Shown here in pieces: positions 50,101 to 64,000 of a stretch of DNA of 64,000 bases. The position numbers were made by a program, and so were the translations under genes. The notes beneath the pieces were generated by a model. That model did not search any database and was not told where the DNA came from. It saw only the letters and a program-made list of their open reading frames with translations. The DNA is from Lingula anatina (lineage: Eukaryota; Animalia; Brachiopoda). The stretch lies in contig JBPQGU010000016.1 of assembly GCA_051362555.1 (NCBI GenBank), forward strand, positions 3,968,001 through 4,032,000. The letters are read 5' to 3'. Positions within the stretch are counted from its first letter, which is position 1, and every line of letters begins with the position of its first letter.

Positions 50101-53100
50101 TGAAGTGACCCGGGCGCGTTTCCACATTTTTTATGAATGACAGGTGTGGTAGATTGATTTTCCTCACTTTTTGGAAAAATCGGAGACGGGTCGATTTTTG
50201 GTGATTTTGAGTGATTTTGAACAGTGCCGGCACTGTGAGATTTCTTCAATTTTGGCCAGGTAGGGATGAAAATTTTTTTTCTTCATTATAGTGTCAGGTA
50301 GGTGTGTTCGGTCATTTGTAGTAAGAATAAAGTGCTGGAAGAGTGGTGGTGTCAACATTAAGGAAGAAATAGAGCAAAAACTCTCTCTCCCCCCCCCCCT
50401 CTCAGATTCTGTTCTCAGAGCTTATTTTTGGATCATCTTTAAAGCTAGAATTGGGGGCCTTGATGAAGTGACCCGGGCGCGTTTCCACATTTTTTATGAA
50501 TGACAGGTGTGGTAGATTGATTTTCCTCACTTTTTGGAAAAATCGGAGACGGGTCGATTTTTGGTGATTTTGAGTGATTTTGAACAGTGCCGGCACTGTG
50601 AGATTTCTTCAATTTTGGCCAGGTAGGGATGAAAATTTTTTTTCTTCATTATAGTGTCAGGTAGGTGTGTTCGGTCATTTGTAGTAAGAATAAAGTGCTG
50701 GAAGAGTGGTGGTGTCAACATTAAGGAAGAAATAGAGCAAAAACTCTCTCTCCCCCCCCCCCTCTCAGATTCTGTTCTCAGAGCTTATTTTTGGATCATC
50801 TTTAAAGCTAGAATTGGGGGCCTTGATGAAGTGACCCGGGCGCGTTTCCACATTTTTTATGAATGACAGGTGTGGTAGATTGATTTTCCTCACTTTTTGG
50901 AAAAATCGGAGACGGGTCGATTTTTGGTGATTTTGAGTGATTTTGAACAGTGCCGGCACTGTGAGATTTCTTCAATTTTGGCCAGGTAGGGATGAAAATT
51001 TTTTTTCTTCATTATAGTGTCAGGTAGGTGTGTTCGGTCATTTGTAGTAAGAATAAAGTGCTGGAAGAGTGGTGGTGTCAACATTAAGGAAGAAATAGAG
51101 CAAAAACTCTCTCTCCCCCCCCCCCTCTCAGATTCTGTTCTCAGAGCTTATTTTTGGATCATCTTTAAAGCTAGAATTGGGGGCCTTGATGAAGTGACCC
51201 GGGCGCGTTTCCACATTTTTTATGAATGACAGGTGTGGTAGATTGATTTTCCTCACTTTTTGGAAAAATCGGAGACGGGTCGATTTTTGGTGATTTTGAG
51301 TGATTTTGAACAGTGCCGGCACTGTGAGATTTCTTCAATTTTGGCCAGGTAGGGATGAAAATTTTTTTTCTTCATTATAGTGTCAGGTAGGTGTGTTCGG
51401 TCATTTGTAGTAAGAATAAAGTGCTGGAAGAGTGGTGGTGTCAACATTAAGGAAGAAATAGAGCAAAAACTCTCTCTCCCCCCCCCCCTCTCAGATTCTG
51501 TTCTCAGAGCTTATTTTTGGATCATCTTTAAAGCTAGAATTGGGGGCCTTGATGAAGTGACCCGGGCGCGTTTCCACATTTTTTATGAATGACAGGTGTG
51601 GTAGATTGATTTTCCTCACTTTTTGGAAAAATCGGAGACGGGTCGATTTTTGGTGATTTTGAGTGATTTTGAACAGTGCCGGCACTGTGAGATTTCTTCA
51701 ATTTTGGCCAGGTAGGGATGAAAATTTTTTTTCTTCATTATAGTGTCAGGTAGGTGTGTTCGGTCATTTGTAGTAAGAATAAAGTGCTGGAAGAGTGGTG
51801 GTGTCAACATTAAGGAAGAAATAGAGCAAAAACTCTCTCTCCCCCCCCCCCTCTCAGATTCTGTTCTCAGAGCTTATTTTTGGATCATCTTTAAAGCTAG
51901 AATTGGGGGCCTTGATGAAGTGACCCGGGCGCGTTTCCACATTTTTTATGAATGACAGGTGTGGTAGATTGATTTTCCTCACTTTTTGGAAAAATCGGAG
52001 ACGGGTCGATTTTTGGTGATTTTGAGTGATTTTGAACAGTGCCGGCACTGTGAGATTTCTTCAATTTTGGCCAGGTAGGGATGAAAATTTTTTTTCTTCA
52101 TTATAGTGTCAGGTAGGTGTGTTCGGTCATTTGTAGTAAGAATAAAGTGCTGGAAGAGTGGTGGTGTCAACATTAAGGAAGAAATAGAGCAAAAACTCTC
52201 TCTCCCCCCCCCCCTCTCAGATTCTGTTCTCAGAGCTTATTTTTGGATCATCTTTAAAGCTAGAATTGGGGGCCTTGATGAAGTGACCCGGGCGCGTTTC
52301 CACATTTTTTATGAATGACAGGTGTGGTAGATTGATTTTCCTCACTTTTTGGAAAAATCGGAGACGGGTCGATTTTTGGTGATTTTGAGTGATTTTGAAC
52401 AGTGCCGGCACTGTGAGATTTCTTCAATTTTGGCCAGGTAGGGATGAAAATTTTTTTTCTTCATTATAGTGTCAGGTAGGTGTGTTCGGTCATTTGTAGT
52501 AAGAATAAAGTGCTGGAAGAGTGGTGGTGTCAACATTAAGGAAGAAATAGAGCAAAAACTCTCTCTCCCCCCCCCCCTCTCAGATTCTGTTCTCAGAGCT
52601 TATTTTTGGATCATCTTTAAAGCTAGAATTGGGGGCCTTGATGAAGTGACCCGGGCGCGTTTCCACATTTTTTATGAATGACAGGTGTGGTAGATTGATT
52701 TTCCTCACTTTTTGGAAAAATCGGAGACGGGTCGATTTTTGGTGATTTTGAGTGATTTTGAACAGTGCCGGCACTGTGAGATTTCTTCAATTTTGGCCAG
52801 GTAGGGATGAAAATTTTTTTTCTTCATTATAGTGTCAGGTAGGTGTGTTCGGTCATTTGTAGTAAGAATAAAGTGCTGGAAGAGTGGTGGTGTCAACATT
52901 AAGGAAGAAATAGAGCAAAAACTCTCTCTCCCCCCCCCCCCTCTCAGATTCTGTTCTCAGAGCTTATTTTTGGATCATCTTTAAAGCTAGAATTGGGGGC
53001 CTTGATGAAGTGACCCGGGCGCGTTTCCACATTTTTTATGAATGACAGGTGTGGTAGATTGATTTTCCTCACTTTTTGGAAAAATCGGAGACGGGTCGAT

Positions 53101-56100
53101 TTTTGGTGATTTTGAGTGATTTTGAACAGTGCCGGCACTGTGAGATTTCTTCAATTTTGGCCAGGTAGGGATGAAAATTTTTTTTCTTCATTATAGTGTC
53201 AGGTAGGTGTGTTCGGTCATTTGTAGTAAGAATAAAGTGCTGGAAGAGTGGTGGTGTCAACATTAAGGAAGAAATAGAGCAAAAACTCTCTCTCCCCCCC
53301 CCCCTCTCAGATTCTGTTCTCAGAGCTTATTTTTGGATCATCTTTAAAGCTAGAATTGGGGGCCTTGATGAAGTGACCCGGGCGCGTTTCCACATTTTTT
53401 ATGAATGACAGGTGTGGTAGATTGATTTTCCTCACTTTTTGGAAAAATCGGAGACGGGTCGATTTTTGGTGATTTTGAGTGATTTTGAACAGTGCCGGCA
53501 CTGTGAGATTTCTTCAATTTTGGCCAGGTAGGGATGAAAATTTTTTTTCTTCATTATAGTGTCAGGTAGGTGTGTTCGGTCATTTGTAGTAAGAATAAAG
53601 TGCTGGAAGAGTGGTGGTGTCAACATTAAGGAAGAAATAGAGCAAAAACTCTCTCTCCCCCCCCCCCTCTCAGATTCTGTTCTCAGAGCTTATTTTTGGA
53701 TCATCTTTAAAGCTAGAATTGGGGGCCTTGATGAAGTGACCCGGGCGCGTTTCCACATTTTTTATGAATGACAGGTGTGGTAGATTGATTTTCCTCACTT
53801 TTTGGAAAAATCGGAGACGGGTCGATTTTTGGTGATTTTGAGTGATTTTGAACAGTGCCGGCACTGTGAGATTTCTTCAATTTTGGCCAGGTAGGGATGA
53901 AAATTTTTTTTCTTCATTATAGTGTCAGGTAGGTGTGTTCGGTCATTTGTAGTAAGAATAAAGTGCTGGAAGAGTGGTGGTGTCAACATTAAGGAAGAAA
54001 TAGAGCAAAAACTCTCTCTCCCCCCCCCCCTCTCAGATTCTGTTCTCAGAGCTTATTTTTGGATCATCTTTAAAGCTAGAATTGGGGGCCTTGATGAAGT
54101 GACCCGGGCGCGTTTCCACATTTTTTATGAATGACAGGTGTGGTAGATTGATTTTCCTCACTTTTTGGAAAAATCGGAGACGGGTCGATTTTTGGTGATT
54201 TTGAGTGATTTTGAACAGTGCCGGCACTGTGAGATTTCTTCAATTTTGGCCAGGTAGGGATGAAAATTTTTTTTCTTCATTATAGTGTCAGGTAGGTGTG
54301 TTCGGTCATTTGTAGTAAGAATAAAGTGCTGGAAGAGTGGTGGTGTCAACATTAAGGAAGAAATAGAGCAAAAACTCTCTCTCCCCCCCCCCCTCTCAGA
54401 TTCTGTTCTCAGAGCTTATTTTTGGATCATCTTTAAAGCTAGAATTGGGGGCCTTGATGAAGTGACCCGGGCGCGTTTCCACATTTTTTATGAATGACAG
54501 GTGTGGTAGATTGATTTTCCTCACTTTTTGGAAAAATCGGAGACGGGTCGATTTTTGGTGATTTTGAGTGATTTTGAACAGTGCCGGCACTGTGAGATTT
54601 CTTCAATTTTGGCCAGGTAGGGATGAAAATTTTTTTTCTTCATTATAGTGTCAGGTAGGTGTGTTCGGTCATTTGTAGTAAGAATAAAGTGCTGGAAGAG
54701 TGGTGGTGTCAACATTAAGGAAGAAATAGAGCAAAAACTCTCTCTCCCCCCCCCCCTCTCAGATTCTGTTCTCAGAGCTTATTTTTGGATCATCTTTAAA
54801 GCTAGAATTGGGGGCCTTGATGAAGTGACCCGGGCGCGTTTCCACATTTTTTATGAATGACAGGTGTGGTAGATTGATTTTCCTCACTTTTTGGAAAAAT
54901 CGGAGACGGGTCGATTTTTGGTGATTTTGAGTGATTTTGAACAGTGCCGGCACTGTGAGATTTCTTCAATTTTGGCCAGGTAGGGATGAAAATTTTTTTT
55001 CTTCATTATAGTGTCAGGTAGGTGTGTTCGGTCATTTGTAGTAAGAATAAAGTGCTGGAAGAGTGGTGGTGTCAACATTAAGGAAGAAATAGAGCAAAAA
55101 CTCTCTCTCCCCCCCCCCCTCTCAGATTCTGTTCTCAGAGCTTATTTTTGGATCATCTTTAAAGCTAGAATTGGGGGCCTTGATGAAGTGACCCGGGCGC
55201 GTTTCCACATTTTTTATGAATGACAGGTGTGGTAGATTGATTTTCCTCACTTTTTGGAAAAATCGGAGACGGGTCGATTTTTGGTGATTTTGAGTGATTT
55301 TGAACAGTGCCGGCACTGTGAGATTTCTTCAATTTTGGCCAGGTAGGGATGAAAATTTTTTTTCTTCATTATAGTGTCAGGTAGGTGTGTTCGGTCATTT
55401 GTAGTAAGAATAAAGTGCTGGAAGAGTGGTGGTGTCAACATTAAGGAAGAAATAGAGCAAAAACTCTCTCTCCCCCCCCCCCTCTCAGATTCTGTTCTCA
55501 GAGCTTATTTTTGGATCATCTTTAAAGCTAGAATTGGGGGCCTTGATGAAGTGACCCGGGCGCGTTTCCACATTTTTTATGAATGACAGGTGTGGTAGAT
55601 TGATTTTCCTCACTTTTTGGAAAAATCGGAGACGGGTCGATTTTTGGTGATTTTGAGTGATTTTGAACAGTGCCGGCACTGTGAGATTTCTTCAATTTTG
55701 GCCAGGTAGGGATGAAAATTTTTTTTCTTCATTATAGTGTCAGGTAGGTGTGTTCGGTCATTTGTAGTAAGAATAAAGTGCTGGAAGAGTGGTGGTGTCA
55801 ACATTAAGGAAGAAATAGAGCAAAAACTCTCTCTCCCCCCCCCCCTCTCAGATTCTGTTCTCAGAGCTTATTTTTGGATCATCTTTAAAGCTAGAATTGG
55901 GGGCCTTGATGAAGTGACCCGGGCGCGTTTCCACATTTTTTATGAATGACAGGTGTGGTAGATTGATTTTCCTCACTTTTTGGAAAAATCGGAGACGGGT
56001 CGATTTTTGGTGATTTTGAGTGATTTTGAACAGTGCCGGCACTGTGAGATTTCTTCAATTTTGGCCAGGTAGGGATGAAAATTTTTTTTCTTCATTATAG

Positions 56101-59100
56101 TGTCAGGTAGGTGTGTTCGGTCATTTGTAGTAAGAATAAAGTGCTGGAAGAGTGGTGGTGTCATAAGGAAGAAATAGAGCAAAAACTCTCTCTCCCCCCC
56201 CCCCCCTCTCAGATTCTGTTCTCAGAGCTTATTTTTGGATCATCTTTAAAGCTAGAATTGGGGGCCTTGATGAAGTGACCCGGGCGCGTTTCCACATTTT
56301 TTATGAATGACAGGTGTGGTAGATTGATTTTCCTCACTTTTTGGAAAAATCGGAGACGGGTCGATTTTTGGTGATTTTGAGTGATTTTGAACAGTGCCGG
56401 CACTGTGAGATTTCTTCAATTTTGGCCAGGTAGGGATGAAAATTTTTTTTCTTCATTATAGTGTCAGGTAGGTGTGTTCGGTCATTTGTAGTAAGAATAA
56501 AGTGCTGGAAGAGTGGTGGTGTCAACATTAAGGAAGAAATAGAGCAAAAACTCTCTCTCCCCCCCCCCCCTCTCAGATTCTGTTCTCAGAGCTTATTTTT
56601 GGATCATCTTTAAAGCTAGAATTGGGGGCCTTGATGAAGTGACCCGGGCGCGTTTCCACATTTTTTATGAATGACAGGTGTGGTAGATTGATTTTCCTCA
56701 CTTTTTGGAAAAATCGGAGACGGGTCGATTTTTGGTGATTTTGAGTGATTTTGAACAGTGCCGGCACTGTGAGATTTCTTCAATTTTGGCCAGGTAGGGA
56801 TGAAAATTTTTTTTCTTCATTATAGTGTCAGGTAGGTGTGTTCGGTCATTTGTAGTAAGAATAAAGTGCTGGAAGAGTGGTGGTGTCAACATTAAGGAAG
56901 AAATAGAGCAAAAACTCTCTCTCCCCCCCCCCCCTCTCAGATTCTGTTCTCAGAGCTTATTTTTGGATCATCTTTAAAGCTAGAATTGGGGGCCTTGATG
57001 AAGTGACCCGGGCGCGTTTCCACATTTTTTATGAATGACAGGTGTGGTAGATTGATTTTCCTCACTTTTTGGAAAAATCGGAGACGGGTCGATTTTTGGT
57101 GATTTTGAGTGATTTTGAACAGTGCCGGCACTGTGAGATTTCTTCAATTTTGGCCAGGTAGGGATGAAAATTTTTTTTCTTCATTATAGTGTCAGGTAGG
57201 TGTGTTCGGTCATTTGTAGTAAGAATAAAGTGCTGGAAGAGTGGTGGTGTCAACATTAAGGAAGAAATAGAGCAAAAACTCTCTCTCCCCCCCCCCCTCT
57301 CAGATTCTGTTCTCAGAGCTTATTTTTGGATCATCTTTAAAGCTAGAATTGGGGGCCTTGATGAAGTGACCCGGGCGCGTTTCCACATTTTTTATGAATG
57401 ACAGGTGTGGTAGATTGATTTTCCTCACTTTTTGGAAAAATCGGAGACGGGTCGATTTTTGGTGATTTTGAGTGATTTTGAACAGTGCCGGCACTGTGAG
57501 ATTTCTTCAATTTTGGCCAGGTAGGGATGAAAATTTTTTTTCTTCATTATAGTGTCAGGTAGGTGTGTTCGGTCATTTGTAGTAAGAATAAAGTGCTGGA
57601 AGAGTGGTGGTGTCAACATTAAGGAAGAAATAGAGCAAAAACTCTCTCTCCCCCCCCCCCTCTCAGATTCTGTTCTCAGAGCTTATTTTTGGATCATCTT
57701 TAAAGCTAGAATTGGGGGCCTTGATGAAGTGACCCGGGCGCGTTTCCACATTTTTTATGAATGACAGGTGTGGTAGATTGATTTTCCTCACTTTTTGGAA
57801 AAATCGGAGACGGGTCGATTTTTGGTGATTTTGAGTGATTTTGAACAGTGCCGGCACTGTGAGATTTCTTCAATTTTGGCCAGGTAGGGATGAAAATTTT
57901 TTTTCTTCATTATAGTGTCAGGTAGGTGTGTTCGGTCATTTGTAGTAAGAATAAAGTGCTGGAAGAGTGGTGGTGTCAACATTAAGGAAGAAATAGAGCA
58001 AAAACTCTCTCTCCCCCCCCCCTCTCAGATTCTGTTCTCAGAGCTTATTTTTGGATCATCTTTAAAGCTAGAATTGGGGGCCTTGATGAAGTGACCCGGG
58101 CGCGTTTCCACATTTTTTATGAATGACAGGTGTGGTAGATTGATTTTCCTCACTTTTTGGAAAAATCGGAGACGGGTCGATTTTTGGTGATTTTGAGTGA
58201 TTTTGAACAGTGCCGGCACTGTGAGATTTCTTCAATTTTGGCCAGGTAGGGATGAAAATTTTTTTTCTTCATTATAGTGTCAGGTAGGTGTGTTCGGTCA
58301 TTTGTAGTAAGAATAAAGTGCTGGAAGAGTGGTGGTGTCAACATTAAGGAAGAAATAGAGCAAAAACTCTCTCTCCCCCCCCCCCTCTCAGATTCTGTTC
58401 TCAGAGCTTATTTTTGGATCATCTTTAAAGCTAGAATTGGGGGCCTTGATGAAGTGACCCGGGCGCGTTTCCACATTTTTTATGAATGACAGGTGTGGTA
58501 GATTGATTTTCCTCACTTTTTGGAAAAATCGGAGACGGGTCGATTTTTGGTGATTTTGAGTGATTTTGAACAGTGCCGGCACTGTGAGATTTCTTCAATT
58601 TTGGCCAGGTAGGGATGAAAATTTTTTTTCTTCATTATAGTGTCAGGTAGGTGTGTTCGGTCATTTGTAGTAAGAATAAAGTGCTGGAAGAGTGGTGGTG
58701 TCAACATTAAGGAAGAAATAGAGCAAAAACTCTCTCTCCCCCCCCCCCTCTCAGATTCTGTTCTCAGAGCTTATTTTTGGATCATCTTTAAAGCTAGAAT
58801 TGGGGGCCTTGATGAAGTGACCCGGGCGCGTTTCCACATTTTTTATGAATGACAGGTGTGGTAGATTGATTTTCCTCACTTTTTGGAAAAATCGGAGACG
58901 GGTCGATTTTTGGTGATTTTGAGTGATTTTGAACAGTGCCGGCACTGTGAGATTTCTTCAATTTTGGCCAGGTAGGGATGAAAATTTTTTTTCTTCATTA
59001 TAGTGTCAGGTAGGTGTGTTCGGTCATTTGTAGTAAGAATAAAGTGCTGGAAGAGTGGTGGTGTCAACATTAAGGAAGAAATAGAGCAAAAACTCTCTCT

Positions 59101-62100
59101 CCCCCCCCCCTCTCAGATTCTGTTCTCAGAGCTTATTTTTGGATCATCTTTAAAGCTAGAATTGGGGGCCTTGATGAAGTGACCCGGGCGCGTTTCCACA
59201 TTTTTTATGAATGACAGGTGTGGTAGATTGATTTTCCTCACTTTTTGGAAAAATTGGAGACGGGTCGATTTTTGGTGATTTTGAGTGATTTTGAACAGTG
59301 CCGGCACTGTGAGATTTCTTCAATTTTGGCCAGGTAGGGATGAAAATTTTTTTTCTTCATTATAGTGTCAGGTAGGTGTGTTCGGTCATTTGTAGTAAGA
59401 ATAAAGTGCTGGAAGAGTGGTGGTGTCAACATTAAGGAAGAAATAGAGCAAAAACTCTCTCTCCCCCCCCCCCTCTCAGATTCTGTTCTCAGAGCTTATT
59501 TTTGGATCATCTTTAAAGCTAGAATTGGGGGCCTTGATGAAGTGACCCGGGCGCGTTTCCACATTTTTTATGAATGACAGGTGTGGTAGATTGATTTTCC
59601 TCACTTTTTGGAAAAATCGGAGACGGGTCGATTTTTGGTGATTTTGAGTGATTTTGAACAGTGCCGGCACTGTGAGATTTCTTCAATTTTGGCCAGGTAG
59701 GGATGAAAATTTTTTTTCTTCATTATAGTGTCAGGTAGGTGTGTTCGGTCATTTGTAGTAAGAATAAAGTGCTGGAAGAGTGGTGGTGTCAACATTAAGG
59801 AAGAAATAGAGCAAAAACTCTCTCTCCCCCCCCCCCTCTCAGATTCTGTTCTCAGAGCTTATTTTTGGATCATCTTTAAAGCTAGAATTGGGGGCCTTGA
59901 TGAAGTGACCCGGGCGCGTTTCCACATTTTTTATGAATGACAGGTGTGGTAGATTGATTTTCCTCACTTTTTGGAAAAATCGGAGACGGGTCGATTTTTG
60001 GTGATTTTGAGTGATTTTGAACAGTGCCGGCACTGTGAGATTTCTTCAATTTTGGCCAGGTAGGGATGAAAATTTTTTTTCTTCATTATAGTGTCAGGTA
60101 GGTGTGTTCGGTCATTTGTAGTAAGAATAAAGTGCTGGAAGAGTGGTGGTGTCAACATTAAGGAAGAAATAGAGCAAAAACTCTCTCTCCCCCCCCCCTC
60201 TCAGATTCTGTTCTCAGAGCTTATTTTTGGATCATCTTTAAAGCTAGAATTGGGGGCCTTGATGAAGTGACCCGGGCGCGTTTCCACATTTTTTATGAAT
60301 GACAGGTGTGGTAGATTGATTTTCCTCACTTTTTGGAAAAATCGGAGACGGGTCGATTTTTGGTGATTTTGAGTGATTTTGAACAGTGCCGGCACTGTGA
60401 GATTTCTTCAATTTTGGCCAGGTAGGGATGAAAATTTTTTTTCTTCATTATAGTGTCAGGTAGGTGTGTTCGGTCATTTGTAGTAAGAATAAAGTGCTGG
60501 AAGAGTGGTGGTGTCAACATTAAGGAAGAAATAGAGCAAAAACTCTCTCTCCCCCCCCCCTCTCAGATTCTGTTCTCAGAGCTTCTTTTTGGATCATCTT
60601 TAAAGCTAGAATTGGGGGCCTTGATGAAGTGACCCGGGCGCGTTTCCACATTTTTTATGAATGACAGGTGTGGTAGATTGATTTTCCTCACTTTTTGGAA
60701 AAATCGGAGACGGGTCGATTTTTGGTGATTTTGAGTGATTTTGAACAGTGCCGGCACTGTGAGATTTCTTCAATTTTGGCCAGGTAGGGATGAAAATTTT
60801 TTTTCTTCATTATAGTGTCAGGTAGGTGTGTTCGGTCATTTGTAGTAAGAATAAAGTGCTGGAAGAGTGGTGGTGTCAACATTAAGGAAGAAATAGAGCA
60901 AAAACTCTCTCTCCCCCCCCCCTCTCAGATTCTGTTCTCAGAGCTTATTTTTGGATCATCTTTAAAGCTAGAATTGGGGGCCTTGATGAAGTGACCCGGG
61001 CGCGTTTCCACATTTTTTATGAATGACAGGTGTGGTAGATTGATTTTCCTCACTTTTTGGAAAAATCGGAGACGGGTCGATTTTTGGTGATTTTGAGTGA
61101 TTTTGAACAGTGCCGGCACTGTGAGATTTCTTCAATTTTGGCCAGGTAGGGATGAAAATTTTTTTTCTTCATTATAGTGTCAGGTAGGTGTGTTCGGTCA
61201 TTTGTAGTAAGAATAAAGTGCTGGAAGAGTGGTGGTGTCAACATTAAGGAAGAAATAGAGCAAAAACTCTCTCTCCCCCCCCCCCTCTCAGATTCTGTTC
61301 TCAGAGCTTCTTTTTGGATCATCTTTAAAGCTAGAATTGGGGGCCTTGATGAAGTGACCCGGGCGCGTTTCCACATTTTTTATGAATGACAGGTGTGGTA
61401 GATTGATTTTCCTCACTTTTTGGAAAAATCGGAGACGGGTCGATTTTTGGTGATTTTGAGTGATTTTGAACAGTGCCGGCACTGTGAGATTTCTTCAATT
61501 TTGGCCAGGTAGGGATGAAAATTTTTTTTCTTCATTATCGTGTCAGGTAGGTGTGTTCGGTCATTTGTAGTAAGAATAAAGTGCTGGAAGAGTGGTGGTG
61601 TCAACATTAAGGAAGAAATAGAGCAAAAACTCTCTCTCCCCCCCCCCTCTCAGATTCTGTTCTCAGAGCTTATTTTTGGATCATCTTTAAAGCTAGAATT
61701 GGGGGCCTTGATGAAGTGACCCGGGCGCGTTTCCACATTTTTTATGAATGACAGGTGTGGTAGATTGATTTTCCTCACTTTTTGGAAAAATCGGAGACGG
61801 GTCGATTTTTGGTGATTTTGAGTGATTTTGAACAGTGCCGGCACTGTGAGATTTCTTCAATTTTGGCCAGGTAGGGATGAAAATTTTTTTTCTTCATTAT
61901 AGTGTCAGGTAGGTGTGTTCGGTCATTTGTAGTAAGAATAAAGTGCTGGAAGAGTGGTGGTGTCAACATTAAGGAAGAAATAGAGCAAAAACTCTCTCTC
62001 CCCCCCCCCTCTCAGATTCTGTTCTCAGAGCTTCTTTTTGGATCATCTTTAAAGCTAGAATTGGGGGCCTTGATGAAGTGACCCGGGCGCGTTTCCACAT

Positions 62101-64000
62101 TTTTTATGAATGACAGGTGTGGTAGATTGATTTTCCTCACTTTTTGGAAAAATCGGAGACGGGTCGATTTTTGGTGATTTTGAGTGATTTTGAACAGTGC
62201 CGGCACTGTGAGATTTCTTCAATTTTGGCCAGGTAGGGATGAAAATTTTTTTTCTTCATTATAGTGTCAGGTAGGTGTGTTCGGTCATTTGTAGTAAGAA
62301 TAAAGTGCTGGAAGAGTGGTGGTGTCAACATTAAGGAAGAAATAGAGCAAAAACTCTCTCTCCCCCCCCCCTCTCAGATTCTGTTCTCAGAGCTTCTTTT
62401 TGGATCATCTTTAAAGCTAGAATTGGGGGCCTTGATGAAGTGACCCGGGCGCGTTTCCCCATTTTTTATGAATGACAGGTGTGGTAGATTGATTTTCCTC
62501 ACTTTTTGGAAAAATCGGAGACGGGTCGATTTTTGGTGATTTTGAGTGATTTTGAACAGTGCCGGCACTGTGAGATTTCTTCAATTTTGGCCAGGTAGGG
62601 ATGAAAATTTTTTTTCTTCATTATAGTGTCAGGTAGGTGTGTTCGGTCATTTGTAGTAAGAATAAAGTGCTGGAAGAGTGGTGGTGTCAACATTAAGGAA
62701 GAAATAGAGCAAAAACTCTCTCTCCCCCCCCCCTCTCAGATTCTGTTCTCAGAGCTTATTTTTGGATCATCTTTAAAGCTAGAATTGGGGGCCTTGATGA
62801 AGTGACCCGGGCGCGTTTCCACATTTTTTATGAATGACAGGTGTGGTAGATTGATTTTCCTCACTTTTTGGAAAAATCGGAGACGGGTCGATTTTTGGTG
62901 ATTTTGAGTGATTTTGAACAGTGCCGGCACTGTGAGATTTCTTCAATTTTGGCCAGGTAGGGATGAAAATTTTTTTTCTTCATTATAGTGTCAGGTAGGT
63001 GTGTTCGGTCATTTGTAGTAAGAATAAAGTGCTGGAAGAGTGGTGGTGTCAACATTAAGGAAGAAATAGAGCAAAAACTCTCTCTCCCCCCCCCCCTCTC
63101 AGATTCTGTTCTCAGAGCTTATTTTTGGATCATCTTTAAAGCTAGAATTGGGGGCCTTGATGAAGTGACCCGGGCGCGTTTCCACATTTTTTATGAATGA
63201 CAGGTGTGGTAGATTGATTTTCCTCACTTTTTGGAAAAATCGGAGACGGGTCGATTTTTGGTGATTTTGAGTGATTTTGAACAGTGCCGGCACTGTGAGA
63301 TTTCTTCAATTTTGGCCAGGTAGGGATGAAAATTTTTTTTCTTCATTATAGTGTCAGGTAGGTGTGTTCGGTCATTTGTAGTAAGAATAAAGTGCTGGAA
63401 GAGTGGTGGTGTCAACATTAAGGAAGAAATAGAGCAAAAACTCTCTCTCCCCCCCCCCCCTCTCAGATTCTGTTCTCAGAGCTTATTTTTGGATCATCTT
63501 TAAAGCTAGAATTGGGGGCCTTGATGAAGTGACCCGGGCGCGTTTCCACATTTTTTATGAATGACAGGTGTGGTAGATTGATTTTCCTCACTTTTTGGAA
63601 AAATCGGAGACGGGTCGATTTTTGGTGATTTTGAGTGATTTTGAACAGTGCCGGCACTGTGAGATTTCTTCAATTTTGGCCAGGTAGGGATGAAAATTTT
63701 TTTTCTTCATTATAGTGTCAGGTAGGTGTGTTCGGTCATTTGTAGTAAGAATAAAGTGCTGGAAGAGTGGTGGTGTCAACATTAAGGAAGAAATAGAGCA
63801 AAAACTCTCTCTCCCCCCCCCCCCTCTCAGATTCTGTTCTCAGAGCTTATTTTTGGATCATCTTTAAAGCTAGAATTGGGGGCCTTGATGAAGTGACCCG
63901 GGCGCGTTTCCACATTTTTTATGAATGACAGGTGTGGTAGATTGATTTTCCTCACTTTTTGGAAAAATCGGAGACGGGTCGATTTTTGGTGATTTTGAGT
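32149..64000. repeat. Satellite DNA array (right), 361-364-bp monomer, ~88 near-identical copies, runs off window end
   Basis: Same family and orientation as the left array; monomers read TTTTCCTCAC; length variation is almost all in the poly-C tract. Confidence 0.99.

Noticed and set aside
13-63782. Hundreds of 60-108 aa ORFs (MPALFK..., MLTPPL..., MSGRCV...) as a tandem gene family
   Set aside because: They are overlapping frames on both strands of the satellite, mostly with non-ATG starts, and are made or broken by homopolymer length; no domain is recognisable.
1-64000. tRNA, 5S rRNA or snRNA gene within the tandem unit
   Set aside because: No cloverleaf, Pol III A/B boxes or recognisable conserved RNA sequence seen. 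An Infernal/Rfam scan of one monomer would be decisive.

Overview
Eukaryotic (probably invertebrate animal) repeat-rich DNA with no host gene recognised. Two same-orientation arrays of a ~362-bp satellite (1-~13060 and ~32149-64000) flank a ~19-kb island of mostly decayed transposons. All the short ORFs repeated every ~362 bp are satellite artefacts. The standout is a 4066-bp Ginger1-type DNA transposon (8511-12576; TGT...ACA ends, CCGG target duplication) inserted at the centre of a 16-bp satellite palindrome. It carries an apparently intact, intron-rich Gypsy-integrase-like transposase: by my manual splicing 8-9 coding exons, 421-429 aa, with H2C2, DDE and GPY motifs but no C-terminal protease. 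It also has two different perfect 27/29-bp hairpins, each 39 bp from a terminus. The island holds two degenerate DIRS-type retrotransposons, a decayed spliced Kolobok-like transposase, a 2.9-kb TIR element with a 9-bp TSD, a MITE family with 5-bp TSDs, Helentron/HINE-like fragments, a 34-bp minisatellite and a ~179-bp-period relic suggesting the satellite monomer is an ancient dimer. All calls come from reading the sequence by eye; no searches were run.
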